Source of the DNA: Basidiobolus meristosporus CBS 931.73 | Lineage: Eukaryota; Fungi; Basidiobolomycota | Reading direction: 5' to 3' | Assembly: GCA_002104905.1 (NCBI GenBank) | Contig: MCFE01000485.1 | Span: 3,719 to 67,718 of the forward strand | DNA: 64,000 nt | Shown: in pieces, positions 24,655-37,298 of the stretch | How positions within the stretch are numbered: the stretch's first letter is position 1 | Layout of the letters: each line of letters begins with the position of its first letter | Program-made: the position numbers and the translations under genes | Notes under the pieces: generated by a model | Databases searched by the model: none | What the model was told of the DNA's origin: nothing | Seen by the model: only the letters and a program-made list of their open reading frames with translations

Positions 24655-26539
24655 TTCATCCCCCTACCTAGACCCCTTCCCCTACTGCCACCACGGACAC
24701 TGTTTAGCTACGTCAATGAATCATACATCTACGGACATTTTCATATATTTGCACACATTGTAACCCTAGTATATCTACTCATAAATGGACAATCATCAGC
24801 AACGCGAACCACATCCATCTGCTTATCCTGTGCTTCATTGAATATTCGAGGTACTCCACCGCCGGTGTCCTACACGAATCATCGCAAACACCACCGTCGA
24901 CCAAATATGGCCGTGGTGTTCAAATCTCACATCTAGGCATCTAATCGACCGGTTCGAATGTGTGATCGCATGATACCAACTCGGTGGTCACCCAACGGGA
25001 TTGATCCTTGATTCATCAAGCCATATTTGGGGCGGCCGTTTTCCTTTAGAGCACAGCTTTCAAGTTCATGCGCACGTGAATAGGGATCATGGATGTGACA
25101 AGGTTTGCCAGTCGGGTTGCTTGCGGATGATTTCAAGCTGGTATCCACCCGCACCGACGACTTTGGCTCTCACTTGTACCACCCCGAACCCTTGGATCAT
25201 CATGGCCAGCGGTGATTGGCTCAAGTCGAGCCATGCGGTTGCCGTGGTTTACCTTTACACCTCGATGGAGTGGAGTTTGAGTCATTGGTGTAGAGAGGCA
25301 TTAATCTAGAGTGTAGTGAATTTGCAGGCAGGTGCGTGTGCCATACTGAGCCTTGCTTAAGGAAGGGCGGTTTCCTGGCAATCAGAATATACGACCGCAC
25401 TACTTTCCGCGTGGAGTGGCCAAAGAAGCAGTGTCACAATCACTCACCCGGCATCTATCTTGACTCTTTGCGGGTACGGTGAGATCGATTTCAGTCATAT
25501 CACGAATGATTCCAGTGAAATATGATTCATCTTGACTTACTGACTTGAACCTGTCAGATCCGACTCTGGAGGGGGGGGGCGCTTTGCTTGTGGGTGACGA
25601 AACCTGTGAAGCCATACACCACCCGGAAGATACCTATGTGTCATCTGGATCCTTGATATCTCGAATCACATCTTGCATCTGCTTGTTGTCTGTCCACAAT
25701 CATTATCTGCGAGTGACCTGGTCAGATGGTAGCCCCTACCCCCAAGTCTGTGATCATGAAAACCTCTTTTGTGTGTATGGGAGAACCCGGAGGGTGGTAT
25801 AGGGGATTAAATCCAGCCACATCTAGGATTTCCCAACAAGTACACTGCGCTCATTCTTTCATTTAGCAGCCTTGATCACCAGCAGTGTAATCCAAGATAT
25901 CATCATGGAGTTGAGGTTGAAGGAAGGGGAAGCAGACTAGTCGCATACTGATCATGTGGATCCTGTTATGCATGAACAGTGAGCCACTATCATGGACAGA
26001 AAATACAATGCTTAGAATGAGCAGAGATACTAGAGTAGCCTGGGGCACTATTCCCCAGCATTATTTCACTTCTTGCATACTATTAGTCATAGTCGCTTAT
26101 GGTTGCAATGTTGTAAATATCGAGTTTACACCTAAACCATTCATGTCCCTTTAGATTCTATTTAGTTTATTGCAAAATCATGAGTTTTTCACTTGAAATT
26201 TAGTTTGTAAGACATCTCAATAGGTCAATAAGTGAATATCATGCAATTCCTCTTGCTCTCTAATTTGCCTTCAATACTCCCTTGAATCGTGCAAAAAATA
26301 ATTCATGACTACGCAATATGCTAAATAGAAACTTCGGATGCATAAATAGCTTAGGTATGAGGTATATAATTACATTAGTGTATGCTTGTCCAAAACATCC
26401 CAGGCTTCCGAATTTGCTTTCTGATATAGACTTGTGGAAATGTCTACTATTTTGTATTGCAGGCACTTATATTCCACCTAAATCACTCATACAGCATGAG
26501 ATTTGGCGTAGCGTATGACTGAGTGATGATTATTTACTT

Positions 26540-27540
26540 AGGAATTAGTTGGTAAGATATTACTTTATACTCTGAATCAGTAAAGGCATGGAAGTTATCA
26601 GTATTGTCAGACTTATCCAAAAGTCCCAAACTTTGTGCACAACTTTCTTTAAGACCCTTAACGCATGTGTATTCTGTTGTAAGGGTTTTAGAGATGTTGC
26701 AAGCGGCTTGGAGAACAAGTAGATTATGGGGTTTTCTCTCGATGATTTATTTAATGTAAAAATAGCATTTTACTTGTACATGCTCTTGGCAGAAAAACAC
26801 TTGAGATATGTTGAGAAAGATCCCAAAATTTGGTCGGAATTCTCGAAGATTCGTAAGCCATGCTCTAGGTGACTAAGTTAGGGAAATATTTGTTATAAGA
26901 GTCTTGAAGATATTGGAAGTGATTGGGAGGACAAGTAGATTTTGTGGTTTTCACTTAATGATTTATTGAATGTAATTTGGTCAGTATTCTCTAAGATTTG
27001 AAGGTAATGATCTAAGTGACTAAGTCAGGTGAATATTTAGGTGGAATTACGAGTTTTGACAACAATATTAAGGTGTATTTACAAAATTTACATCACATGT
27101 CAGGCAACTCTTCTATTCTTCAAGTGACTTCCAATATTCCCTAGAATTTTGCAACATTTCCGACACACATTTAGATTGTATATATCAGCTCCTCACCTAA
27201 ACCATATTGTCAGAACTCGTAATTCCACCTAAATATTCACCTAACTTAGTCACTTAGATCATTACCTCCAAATCCTAGAGAATACTGACCAAAATCCTTG
27301 TTGGGGTTTACTTAGAATATTTACCCAGAACATGAAAATTAGAAAAGTTGTTCAAACAGCCCCAAACTTTGCACACATGTTCTTGGGTCCTTCCTAAACT
27401 TATTCTACGTGTTTTCTATGCCAAGACCATGTAAAAGTATAAATATTACTTTTACATTCAATAAATCATTAAGTGAAAACCACATAATCTACCTGTTCTC
27501 TCAATCACTTCCAAAATCTCCAAGACTCTTACAACAAACC
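26540..27540. repeat. Cluster of degenerate Copia LTRs in both orientations (plus-strand copy ~27208-27536)
   Basis: Same LTR blocks as 13935-14283. No clear TSD. Confidence 0.8.
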
Positions 27541-27699
27541 ACTCATATACTCGAGACTCTACTAGAACTCCATAGAACTACTTATTGGGATTCACCAGAT
27601 GTATATCCACCAGTAGATCAAGGACCCAAAGCTAGTTGACTATCAAAGTAGTATCAAAGCCCTTGAACACTGCACGCACGTTTTTTCAGCTTTCTGAGT

Positions 27700-30600
27700 A
27701 TATTTTACAAACTTGGAGAGTACAAATACCACTTCTGAATGCAAGAAGCATTTATGTGAAGGCCAAATAATCCACTAGTTCTCCCAATCATTTCCAGTAA
27801 CTGCAAATCTCTCATAGCAAGTCCAATGAGTAAAATGTGATACTAGTGATATATGAAATCAACTATCAACAAAAGATTACTACATAATCACTCACCATGA
27901 TCATATGCATAATCAGGTATATCAGGTTGACACAAAAGGGCATTTGTACCTCTTCTTGGTTTTAAGCGTATGCATGTCCAGTAAAAATTTCCATGAAATA
28001 TTATCTAATGCTTCTACGACTCTTTCATATGAAATCTTCCTATCCTGTTTGTCAACCAAATCTACATCGATTCCATTTAGGGGAGGAAAATTTACAGAAA
28101 CAAGCGGTGTGGTAATATTGGCTTTCAATGCCGTCCAGCTAGGTTCTTGTCCTCCCTCTGACAGCTACCTCAGCCCATTGCATTGGATAGTTCCATAAAA
28201 TACAACATTGCCCATTATACAACTGGTAGCCACCTACGAGGCAAGTGTGAAACCTTATCAGAAATCTCAAAACTGGATTTTTCATTGATTTTTTGAAGAC
28301 ATCTGTACATCTTTAATACGGTCTAATCATGGTATTCAACTCCCTCAAAAAAACCATAATTTTTTTGTTGCTCATAAAGGAGTAGCGTATTATATGGCCT
28401 ATATATAAAGTAAGTACCATTATATTTTAATATCGTCCCTAATCCTCATTTTTGAAATGCCCTAAGTCAAATCCATGTTAGATTACAGCTGATTCATACG
28501 GTATTCTAGTGGTCCCAACAAAAATTTCTGATAGCGATGGGGCATTAAAGGGAGAAAGAATAGATTTTGCGTATTCAATGCCCAGTGTTTTATCCTAACG
28601 AGCGAGGTTATTACCACCAATAGGGGGATTTTTGAGCTCAAATCAACTAGTACCAATCTGGAGAACTCAATCCAGATGTGAATGACAACAGGATGGCGCA
28701 CGGTGGGTTGCCATTAAAATCCATAGTGATTATCCAAAGTGGATATATGATATTCGCTCTGCTGATACACATGAGAAACCTTGAGAAATCCAATGTTGAA
28801 GGGGTAATGGTGTGATCCTTGCTAGATTTCCGAAATCTCCTGGAACTTAGAGATTCATTGATCGAGGTTAAAATATCTTCCGCTGATCTGGTCAAGTTGA
28901 TAATCAAGACGTACGGGTAATAGGTACACCATCAGGATATCATATTCACCTCTACACGAGTATGTTGAAACGGGCTAGCCTATACCTTTGATTTCGATGC
29001 CCATGTTGTACCACCAGTCGACATACTGGTTAAATGATATACGCAACGATATGCTTTGTAGTTGTGGTACTCGATTTAGATATATTGAAGCGGAAAGCTT
29101 GTGACTTCTGAGCTGAGGGAATATTGCTGCTGTTGTGAGCAACCAGGGGAAGTATGAGTGGTAAATCAACGCGACGGCAATCTTGATCAGTGTAACGAGA
29201 TAAGAACTGATGTATTTCAGGTGATATCACTATGTCGTCCCAAGTAGTCATGCCAGGAATTCTCTTCTTCGCCAACCAAGGTTGTGAATCTTCACACTTT
29301 GTAACCATCATTCCAGCAGGGTGCAGATACTATCCAATGGTAGCCACTCCTGACTTTGGCAGGTAGATCTGGCCACGATTAATCTGAGATGAAATCGTGA
29401 TATGCGACAGAGTATCCTGAACTTGCATGGTGGGAATCGAGAACAGCATGTCCGAAGAGGGGATGTCGCCATTGCTGTTAGAGTCTCCAAAACCAACAAT
29501 CAAAGAAGCCACTTAGGGATTCAGGCATTCCGTAAATAGCTGCCTGCTAATGCCCAAAGTGAACACCTGGCTGGAGCCCCCATCGAGAGAACAGACCGTT
29601 CACCATAGCAGGATGCATTTGGATTTTTAAGGATTCATGTTACGCTTGGATGACTTTGATGTAGCCCACTGGTTGGAGGCTCACCATTTGCGTTGCAATT
29701 AGGGGAAGAATGGTAGCTATGTAGAACGCGAGCTTATCTGCCTTGTTGATGGTTTGTTGGGGATGGCTCCAGGACCATCTACCGTTCTCAAGGAGCAGCT
29801 CACCACTCAGTCTATTCGTGACAACTGGATTGATCCATCTGTGGGATGCGTATCTAACCCCAAGGTTCTTCTCAACTACCCACACACCCACCCAAGCTTC
29901 AGAGATGGATTAACAGATATTGACCAGACCACTGGCAAGTAGTTGCAACTTATTGATTTTCAACTCACTGCGCCAACACGGATGTATTTTGGACATCAGA
30001 GTCCCACACTGAGGACACGTGAATGATTCGAACTGTGGATAACCCAGAAACAAGGCTGTCCCAAGATCCATTAAGCGAGCCATAGCTGGCACACAGTTGC
30101 CAGGATTCTCCACATGATCCTAGATGAGGGAGTACGTAGACGAATCCTTGCTCTTGAAAGTCGATTCAGAATGACCCAGTTATGCATACTATTGCGTAGC
30201 ACTGCACGTCGATAAGCGGGCTCTGGCCCACCTCCAGTACTCCATTACCCGCCTTCAAATTTGCTACAGTGTGGGGGGAGTGCCCATGCCGAGGGTTGAA
30301 GACTTTCCCCATCTCTCCACCAATCACCTTTACGACACCCCTGGGTGACCAATCGGATACCTGCCTAATTATTGGCTATGCGGCCAACCATGTCTTGCTA
30401 ATGAAACAAAGCAGTGCATGATCTTCCACTGCCGCTAGGAGAGGCTATGGCAGTGTATATTCAGAGATGAGGACAGACAATACAGAGGTTAACCCTAAAC
30501 CTACTTACTGAACCACCTCCAATATGGCCCAACCAATGACAATCGCCCCAATAACTTATGGTGGTGCCTGAGTCAATTTCTAAATCTCCATGAACATGCC

Positions 30601-32200
30601 GAATAGGACCCACGCCCTTAACCTCATCCTGTCCCAAATAACGGCTAAGTCTACCTAGATAGGATAGGGATCTTGCTATCCATTCATGTCGGATGCAAAT
30701 GGGGGTTAAGTAATTAGCAAATGGACGCTCAATCCATATCCCATCGCCATCTGGATAGGTGCGTTGTTAAGAGCCCCACGAATCCAACAGATGCTTCAGC
30801 ATTAGGGTAGCTTGTCAGTATGCAATGACTATTGGAGGACTCAGAGCATGCGGGAAGCGGAGCAATACCTCGGGATGCCCTCGCCATATACAGCCAGTGT
30901 CACAACCATTCGCACCCGAAGATTAGCTTCAAACCGCCTACTGCAAAAGGTATCTGAGAGTGGCCGATGCAGCCACCGCATGTACATCAAAACAAACAAA
31001 TCAAAAGCAGGAATTGGGCCCAGATTTCAGTAACTGCAAATGGGTGGAACATTCATTCACTTCATCTATGTGGCATGGTGTCGGGCACTGGCTTGATTCT
31101 CATTGTGCGCTTCATCCTGGAACTTCGTTCATGTATCGGACAGGCGAATCAAATGTTGCCAATGAGTCCGTCATGGTCAAGGGACCAAGTGTGAGCTTGA
31201 TCACGGTTTCATAGCACTGCGTAGATGGTCTATGTGCTCACTGCGAAACACACTGGCTACCACTACAACCATATAGATCCCTCCTTACCTCCATGATTGG
31301 TTGATTTGATCAGCCCCCGGTCAACAGATAGTGAGGTTACGTCTACGACCCGCCCGGCTTCCGTACTGCTGCTCTCAAGATGATGGGTCGAGGAAGGCGA
31401 ATGGTCCATTCTTGCAACGCCCATGTAGAGAGCGTGTCGTCGAGCAGAATGCGAGCATAGGCCCCGCGTTGCTAGCATGGGTTATGGAACGGCCAGCCTT
31501 CACCAGGCTGCATCTTGCATATCCCCACTTGGGTCGTAGATCCTTTCTGCATGGAAAAACAATCCCCGGCTCACCGACAAGCCCCCGTGTTTTATCTACC
31601 CTTCCATGTCTATCTCAACCGTAGCTACTGGGCATGGGGGTCGTAACTGTCTGCCCATCGGCGTGTGGTTCTCGTGAAATGGCAGCTTACCAGAGTAAGT
31701 GCTATCTGTTGGGACGGATTGCCTAGAACCACCCCAGTATCACCAGCGTTCGGTGGGCATGCCATTGGGATGTGTGCACTACCGTGGATATCTACCCAGG
31801 GTGTGAAAAAAACTTGCTACACAGGGCTCGAAAAGGAAATCCCCCTTGAGCCAAATGAACTCATTGATTTGTTGATTTCCAAGCGACATGGGTGTGGTTT
31901 GTCTGGATCCATTCCAGAATGCAAAGTGGATCATACAAGCGGTTGCCGAAGGTGGTTGTGTCCCCTTGCTTTTCCCATTGCACTCGGGAACGGGGTGATG
32001 AGATAAGCTAGAAGCCGCCGGCATGGAGGATGCTGCTTAGCATGTCCCTAGAGTTAGTTGAGATGATCGCTGGACAGTGGGCCTAATGCACCCACCTAAC
32101 CCAAATTCTGTCGATCACAACCCAAGTGTGATTAACTAAGACCAACCTGACCAGCCATGATCGAATTTCCAGCCCACATTGCAGCACATTGGTGGTTAAT
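27700..32200. other. Unassigned CpG-retaining region with long stop-interrupted frames; possible pseudogene(s)
   Basis: Minus-strand frames such as 29512-29030 (~160 codons, one stop) and 30113-29640 (~158 codons, one internal stop) look protein-like. I recognise no family. Confidence 0.3.
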
Positions 32201-32364
32201 GTGATGCCGACTTGGAATCAAAAATTCACCCACAGAAAAAGTCATCGAATTGATGCCCAAAAACTTCAAACTTTTGTATATTCGCGCTTGGCCAATTTTT
32301 GAATATAGCGAAAGTCCCCCCGCCTTTGACAGTTCGTTTGCAACCCCAACACACCTGCCATTGA

Positions 32365-35300
32365 ATGTTTATGGCTCATCTGAACTTCGTAAACATTGTG
32401 GTGTGTCGACAGTGTCGACTGAGTGGGTCCTTCTCCAAAATCCGGCATTACTCCCCACCCATTTCCTGTTGTCAAGCCAAGGCCCGTTCACTCACAACAC
32501 AGTCCAGGAGGCAGGAAAGCTGTATTAGCGAGTCTAAAAGACAAGAGAGCTCCTCCCTGCCGAGTCGGAATTTCCCCTCGACCTTTTTCTACACCTCCGA
32601 CTCCTCACACGCCATTACAAGATCTCAAACCCGAACGCCCCATCAAACAAGGAAAGCCGCTTTTAACACGCTGGATTCCTTTCTAAAAGCTCGGGAGACG
32701 ATCCCCATCTCGAGTGAACTACTGACCACCCTACTACAAGTCCTAAATAGCACAGGTTGTAGCGACACCGAACGCACATTGGCCACAAAGGTGGGGGAAT
32801 ACATGAAGAATACTAGACTTCAGTTCGAGAAGGCCGAAGAATATGTCACACTGATCGAGTTCTATGGGAGGAATGGTAGGCTGGACGAGGCCAGGGAAAA
32901 ACTGCTGGAAATGCAAGAGCGCAAGCTTCGGCCAACTCTTTCAAAGTACACACGACTGATTCAGCTCTTCACAAAACACGACTCGAACACAGCCCTAGCG
33001 CTCTACAAAACTATGGCCCAACAAGAGATCGTCCCTGACCACACAGCCTATCGCACGCTATTGGCCTGCTGCGTAAGAGAGAGCAATATACCACTACTAT
33101 CCTCTATTCATGCGGATATCACATACCACCAGGTCCCTCTTGGCTTCGAAATGGGGAACCTATTGATACTAGGCTATTGTCGGGACTTAACCCGGGATAG
33201 GGCGAGGCAGCTCTTCGATACCTTTCAGCAGATCAACTCCCCGTTAAGAGTAGAGACATACAATTCGCTCATGGACTCGCTGAACAATGCATCGCACGCA
33301 AAAGAGGCGATTGCGGTATTTACGCAAATGATCCATCACAAAGTCTTGCCAAACGCTAGATCGTCATTGATCCTCGCCGATGCCCTCACGAAAGCCCCGA
33401 CTCCTTTCCAACGAACCAGCCTGGGCACGAGCCCGTCGGAAGCTGCGGGCAACCCACTGTACACTAGTGTCATCAATGGGATCTTGAGCACGTTTATCAA
33501 GAAATCTGATAGGCCTTCAATGCTGAAGGTTTACGAATACATGGTTGCCAGCCAAATCCCACTTGATCGAGAAAGTCTCCATCACATCTTGAACGCGCTG
33601 ACGAAAAGCCTGAAGATGAAAGAGGCGGAGGCTTTGGTGGCGGCCATGTCCTCGCGAAGCATCAAGCCGAGCACCTTGACCTACAACATTCTCATCGACG
33701 GGTGGGTGAGAAGCCGGGATCCACACCAAGCCAAGAAGCTCTTCAAGGAAATGCTGAAGCTCGAGCTGGCTCCCAATGCCTCTACCTACACCACCCTGTT
33801 AAACGGGTTCGCCAAAGCAAGAGACATCAAGGAAATAGTGGAGCTATGTCGGGACATGATGGAGCGCGGCGTTAAGCCTGATGCCAAATTCTACACCTCT
33901 CAGATTCGCTCGTTCATCCGGTTCGGTGAGTTCGATCAAGGGATTCGTACCTTTCAGAAAATGGTGCAGGCTGGGATCGAGCCTGATATTGTCACCTATT
34001 CAAACGTCATCGAGGCGTACATGAGGCAAGCCAAGGTGAATGAAGCCATAACTGTTTTTGAAGAGATGCAGGCAAAGGGAATCCAGCCCAACGCAATCAT
34101 CTATACGAACGTAGTGCACGGCTTTCTTCAGCAATCGATGTTCCATGAAGCCTTGCGAATCTTCAACATCATGCAGGAAAAGTTCCCTCAACCTGATTTG
34201 GTGGCTTATTCCGTCATGATCGGTTCGCATCTGCGTAGGTCCGACTTCCTGGAGGCCCTGACTCTTTACAAGAGACTCTTGGCGACCGGTAGCATTCCTG
34301 ATTTGATATTGTACACCACGCTTATTCGTGGCCTCTCTGCGAGGTCGACTACAGATGAGATCCTCGATCTTTTTGACAAGATGAAACGGCAGGGCTTAGT
34401 TCCGGATATCAAAGCGTACAACACTCTGATCAATGCAATGGTCAAGAAGGGAAATATCTCAGGAGCAATGGAAGTTTTCCACGGTATGCAGTCGCAGCCT
34501 GTTAAGCCTGATGTGGTGACCTATACCACTCTGATTCATGGCTATACAACGGCTGGCGAGACGCAACAAGCGACTGGACTGTACAATGAGATGTTGGCGC
34601 AAAATATCCCTCCTAATGTGTATACTTTCACCTCACTAATCCAAGGATTCGCCAAGAAATCTGACATGAAGAAGGTTTTCAAGCTGCTTCAAGATATGTT
34701 GAACCAAGGTCTATGCCCAAACGAGATCACCTACGTTGCGCTGATCAATGCCTGTACCCTTCGTTCGGATATGGTGCGGGCGATGAAGCTCTATCAAAGC
34801 ATGCTTTCGTTTGATCTAAAGCCTAATGTGCAGATCTATACCTCATTGATCCATGGCTTTGCCAAAGTGGATGACATGGAGAGCGGGGCCCGTTTGTTGG
34901 ACGAAATGGTTGTCTCTGGTTTAGAGCCGGATGTCCGAGCCTATTCGGCCGTCATCACTGGGTTCATGACGCAAGGCCATACTGAGCGCGCCAAGGCAGT
35001 CTATCATGAGATGCTCAAGCGAAACTTGGCTCCTGATCTGAAGCTCTACACCATTCTCATCGACGGTCACTCCAAGCTGTCCGAAATGGGTCAGGCAATG
35101 GCCGTATTCGATGACCTGAAATCCAACGGAGTTCAGCCAGACCTCTACACGTATACCGCTTTGATCAATGGTTACTCGCGCGACTCCGATATGAACAACG
35201 CGATGCAGCTCTTCCATGAGATGCTTGCTGAGAATATCACTCCTGACGTGAAGGTGTACACCAGCCTAATCAGCGGCTACGCTAAGTCGGCCGATCTATA

Positions 35301-35397
35301 CGGAGCCCGTAAGCTCTACGAAGACATGATGGCCAGAGGGATTCAGCCAGACAATTATTTGTACAATATCTTGAACTACGCGCGGACAAAAACGTGA
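32365..35397 (+). CDS. Intronless P-class pentatricopeptide-repeat (PPR) protein, 1010 aa, ~23 motifs, probably mitochondrial
   Basis: Sixteen contiguous, exactly 35-aa canonical motifs at 33673-35352 (e.g. IVTYSNVIEAYMRQAKVNEAITVFEEMQAKGIQPN) and ~7 more degenerate motifs upstream. The Arg/Ser-rich N-terminus resembles a targeting peptide. No recognisable C-terminal catalytic domain. Confidence 0.95.
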   Translation: MFMAHLNFVNIVVCRQCRLSGSFSKIRHYSPPISCCQAKARSLTTQSRRQESCISESKRQESSSLPSRNFPSTFFYTSDSSHAITRSQTRTPHQTRKAAFNTLDSFLKARETIPISSELLTTLLQVLNSTGCSDTERTLATKVGEYMKNTRLQFEKAEEYVTLIEFYGRNGRLDEAREKLLEMQERKLRPTLSKYTRLIQLFTKHDSNTALALYKTMAQQEIVPDHTAYRTLLACCVRESNIPLLSSIHADITYHQVPLGFEMGNLLILGYCRDLTRDRARQLFDTFQQINSPLRVETYNSLMDSLNNASHAKEAIAVFTQMIHHKVLPNARSSLILADALTKAPTPFQRTSLGTSPSEAAGNPLYTSVINGILSTFIKKSDRPSMLKVYEYMVASQIPLDRESLHHILNALTKSLKMKEAEALVAAMSSRSIKPSTLTYNILIDGWVRSRDPHQAKKLFKEMLKLELAPNASTYTTLLNGFAKARDIKEIVELCRDMMERGVKPDAKFYTSQIRSFIRFGEFDQGIRTFQKMVQAGIEPDIVTYSNVIEAYMRQAKVNEAITVFEEMQAKGIQPNAIIYTNVVHGFLQQSMFHEALRIFNIMQEKFPQPDLVAYSVMIGSHLRRSDFLEALTLYKRLLATGSIPDLILYTTLIRGLSARSTTDEILDLFDKMKRQGLVPDIKAYNTLINAMVKKGNISGAMEVFHGMQSQPVKPDVVTYTTLIHGYTTAGETQQATGLYNEMLAQNIPPNVYTFTSLIQGFAKKSDMKKVFKLLQDMLNQGLCPNEITYVALINACTLRSDMVRAMKLYQSMLSFDLKPNVQIYTSLIHGFAKVDDMESGARLLDEMVVSGLEPDVRAYSAVITGFMTQGHTERAKAVYHEMLKRNLAPDLKLYTILIDGHSKLSEMGQAMAVFDDLKSNGVQPDLYTYTALINGYSRDSDMNNAMQLFHEMLAENITPDVKVYTSLISGYAKSADLYGARKLYEDMMARGIQPDNYLYNILNYARTKT

Positions 35398-37298
35398 CCC
35401 GACTTGACTGCATTTGGTGGGCTGGTATATTGCCTTCGTATTCATCACCACTGACCATCCTCCCCTCTTCACTTCGTTTTTAACAATTCTTCAACAGGTC
35501 AGATCTCTTGTTGGTATTGTTTGCATTTCACTCATTACTTCACCCGAGCATCTCCCTTACCCTCCCCTCTCCCCTCTCCCCCTTCCCCTTCCCGTTCATG
35601 TTCATTTTTATCCCTTAAGCAATGCATCCCCTCATATCCATTCACGCATTTTCTCAGCATGAAGCCGAGCGTGCCCTTCATATCATAAAGGCCCCAGATA
35701 CGTTCCCCTTCAAGTACGGCTCTTACCACAATTGTGTTTCATATCTACACATTTTGACAGCATTCCTTAATCCCCATCCATCATAGACAGAATATTTTGT
35801 AATTACGCAAATATTAAACCCGACCTTTCCCATCCATTGCCAAACCACTTCCACTTCCACTACCACCGCCAACACCCTGACATGTCTACGATGGGCCGTA
35901 AGGCTGGGGGTTGGTTGCTGATTTCCAGGCAGCTCACTAGCGACCAGCGGATCACGAGCGCGCACCATCCTGGATTTGGGATGGTTTTAGGCATGATCGT
36001 ATGATGGAGTCAACAGAGAGACAGGGCCAACCAGTTTTAGAACACATCTTCATCAACGACTTGTCATAGTAAAAGGGTCTGTAGGGCATCCTGTTGCCAA
36101 CTTGATTAGTTTCTAGAGTAAACAGGAGCACCGCCTGAATCACGTAGAACAGAACTTGTATATCGGCGGCATTCAGGCCTACCCAACAAACCGGAGTATA
36201 AGGCAGGAGCACTGCCGGATTGTGGTTAGGTTGCGTGTAGGGTGCTTTGTTCAGTAGCCCAGCCAAGTATCTGAGGGGTTGGGGTGATGGACGGGCCGAA
36301 ATGAGTTTGAATCCGACAGTTTCGATACTTCGTATGGATGGAGACCTGCTGGTGGTATTTTCAAGACAATTAATATACACACAATCCCGCTTGTCTTTCG
36401 ATTGCCATGATGGCCACTGGATCGGGATGGTCAGCGCGGGATGGATCTTCGTGCTAAATTGAGCGAGAGAGGCTAACTGTTGTAGTCTTGATGAAGGATC
36501 AAATGTCCGATCTCTTACAAATCATCATATTACCCGTCTGGGATGGAAGGCCAGTTGAATTAATCAACAAGTTACTCAGATCTGATCGGTACCGATCTGA
36601 TATGGTCAGCCGGGCACAACTGTGTGGACTTCGCTCTGGATGTTCATACGGTGTAGCATGGTTTTACTTCAATGTACTCATCCCATCCTCACCCCTCTCC
36701 CTACGGTTGATCCATATCTTACAGCTGAATCACGTCATACGCCGAAAAGACAATGGGTCTCAGTCAGAAGACTTCCTCAGGAATTCCATACGGACTGTGT
36801 CAGACAAATTCCAATATACAATGTCTCCAACTAAATTGAGGTCTTGCTGGCTGTGCCATCAGAGTACAAGCCCCTGCCAGTGGACCACCTGCCGCTGCTC
36901 TGCCGCTACAAAACCAACTCACGAAGTGATTTCAAATGCTCTGATCTAGTCTCAATCTGCGTTATCGCCAGCCGATGATCGCTGTTACAATAAGTGTCAA
37001 TCAAGGGAGGGCCTATCCAATGATTGGCCTTACATTCCGGGAGTGAAGCACCTCATACAGTTGTATCTTCAGCAGTAGAGCATTCTGCATTATACCAACG
37101 ACAACCGATCCAAAATGAAATGCACTCTCCTATTCTTCATACGACGATCCGTTGCTGGCCAATCGCCAGGCCGGCTGATGGGCCAGTGGTTTGCTATAAG
37201 AAACGCTGCTCCGGTGCCTCTGATCCACAGTATAGTTTCCTGTGTCTTTTCGGACCTGAGCCAACTTAGCATAGACAACACCCAGCAGCCCGTTAGCA

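Noticed and set aside
28400-30200. DIRS/tyrosine-recombinase retroelement or GDSL/patatin/kinase readings of the unassigned frames
   Set aside because: Only isolated short resemblances (FGDSNS, SLDGG, LIDF) were found, without companion motifs at the correct spacing.
30960-31214. HGVGHWLD resembling an M24 aminopeptidase metal-site motif
   Set aside because: The rest of the fold's motifs are absent, so this is likely chance.
33517-35217. Short minus-strand ORFs within the PPR gene
   Set aside because: Antisense shadows of the PPR coding frame.
35400-36950. Several 64-153 aa ORFs between the PPR gene and the orphan ORF
   Set aside because: No recognisable domain or consistent exon chain. 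The CT-rich tract at ~35550-35615 looks like UTR low-complexity sequence.
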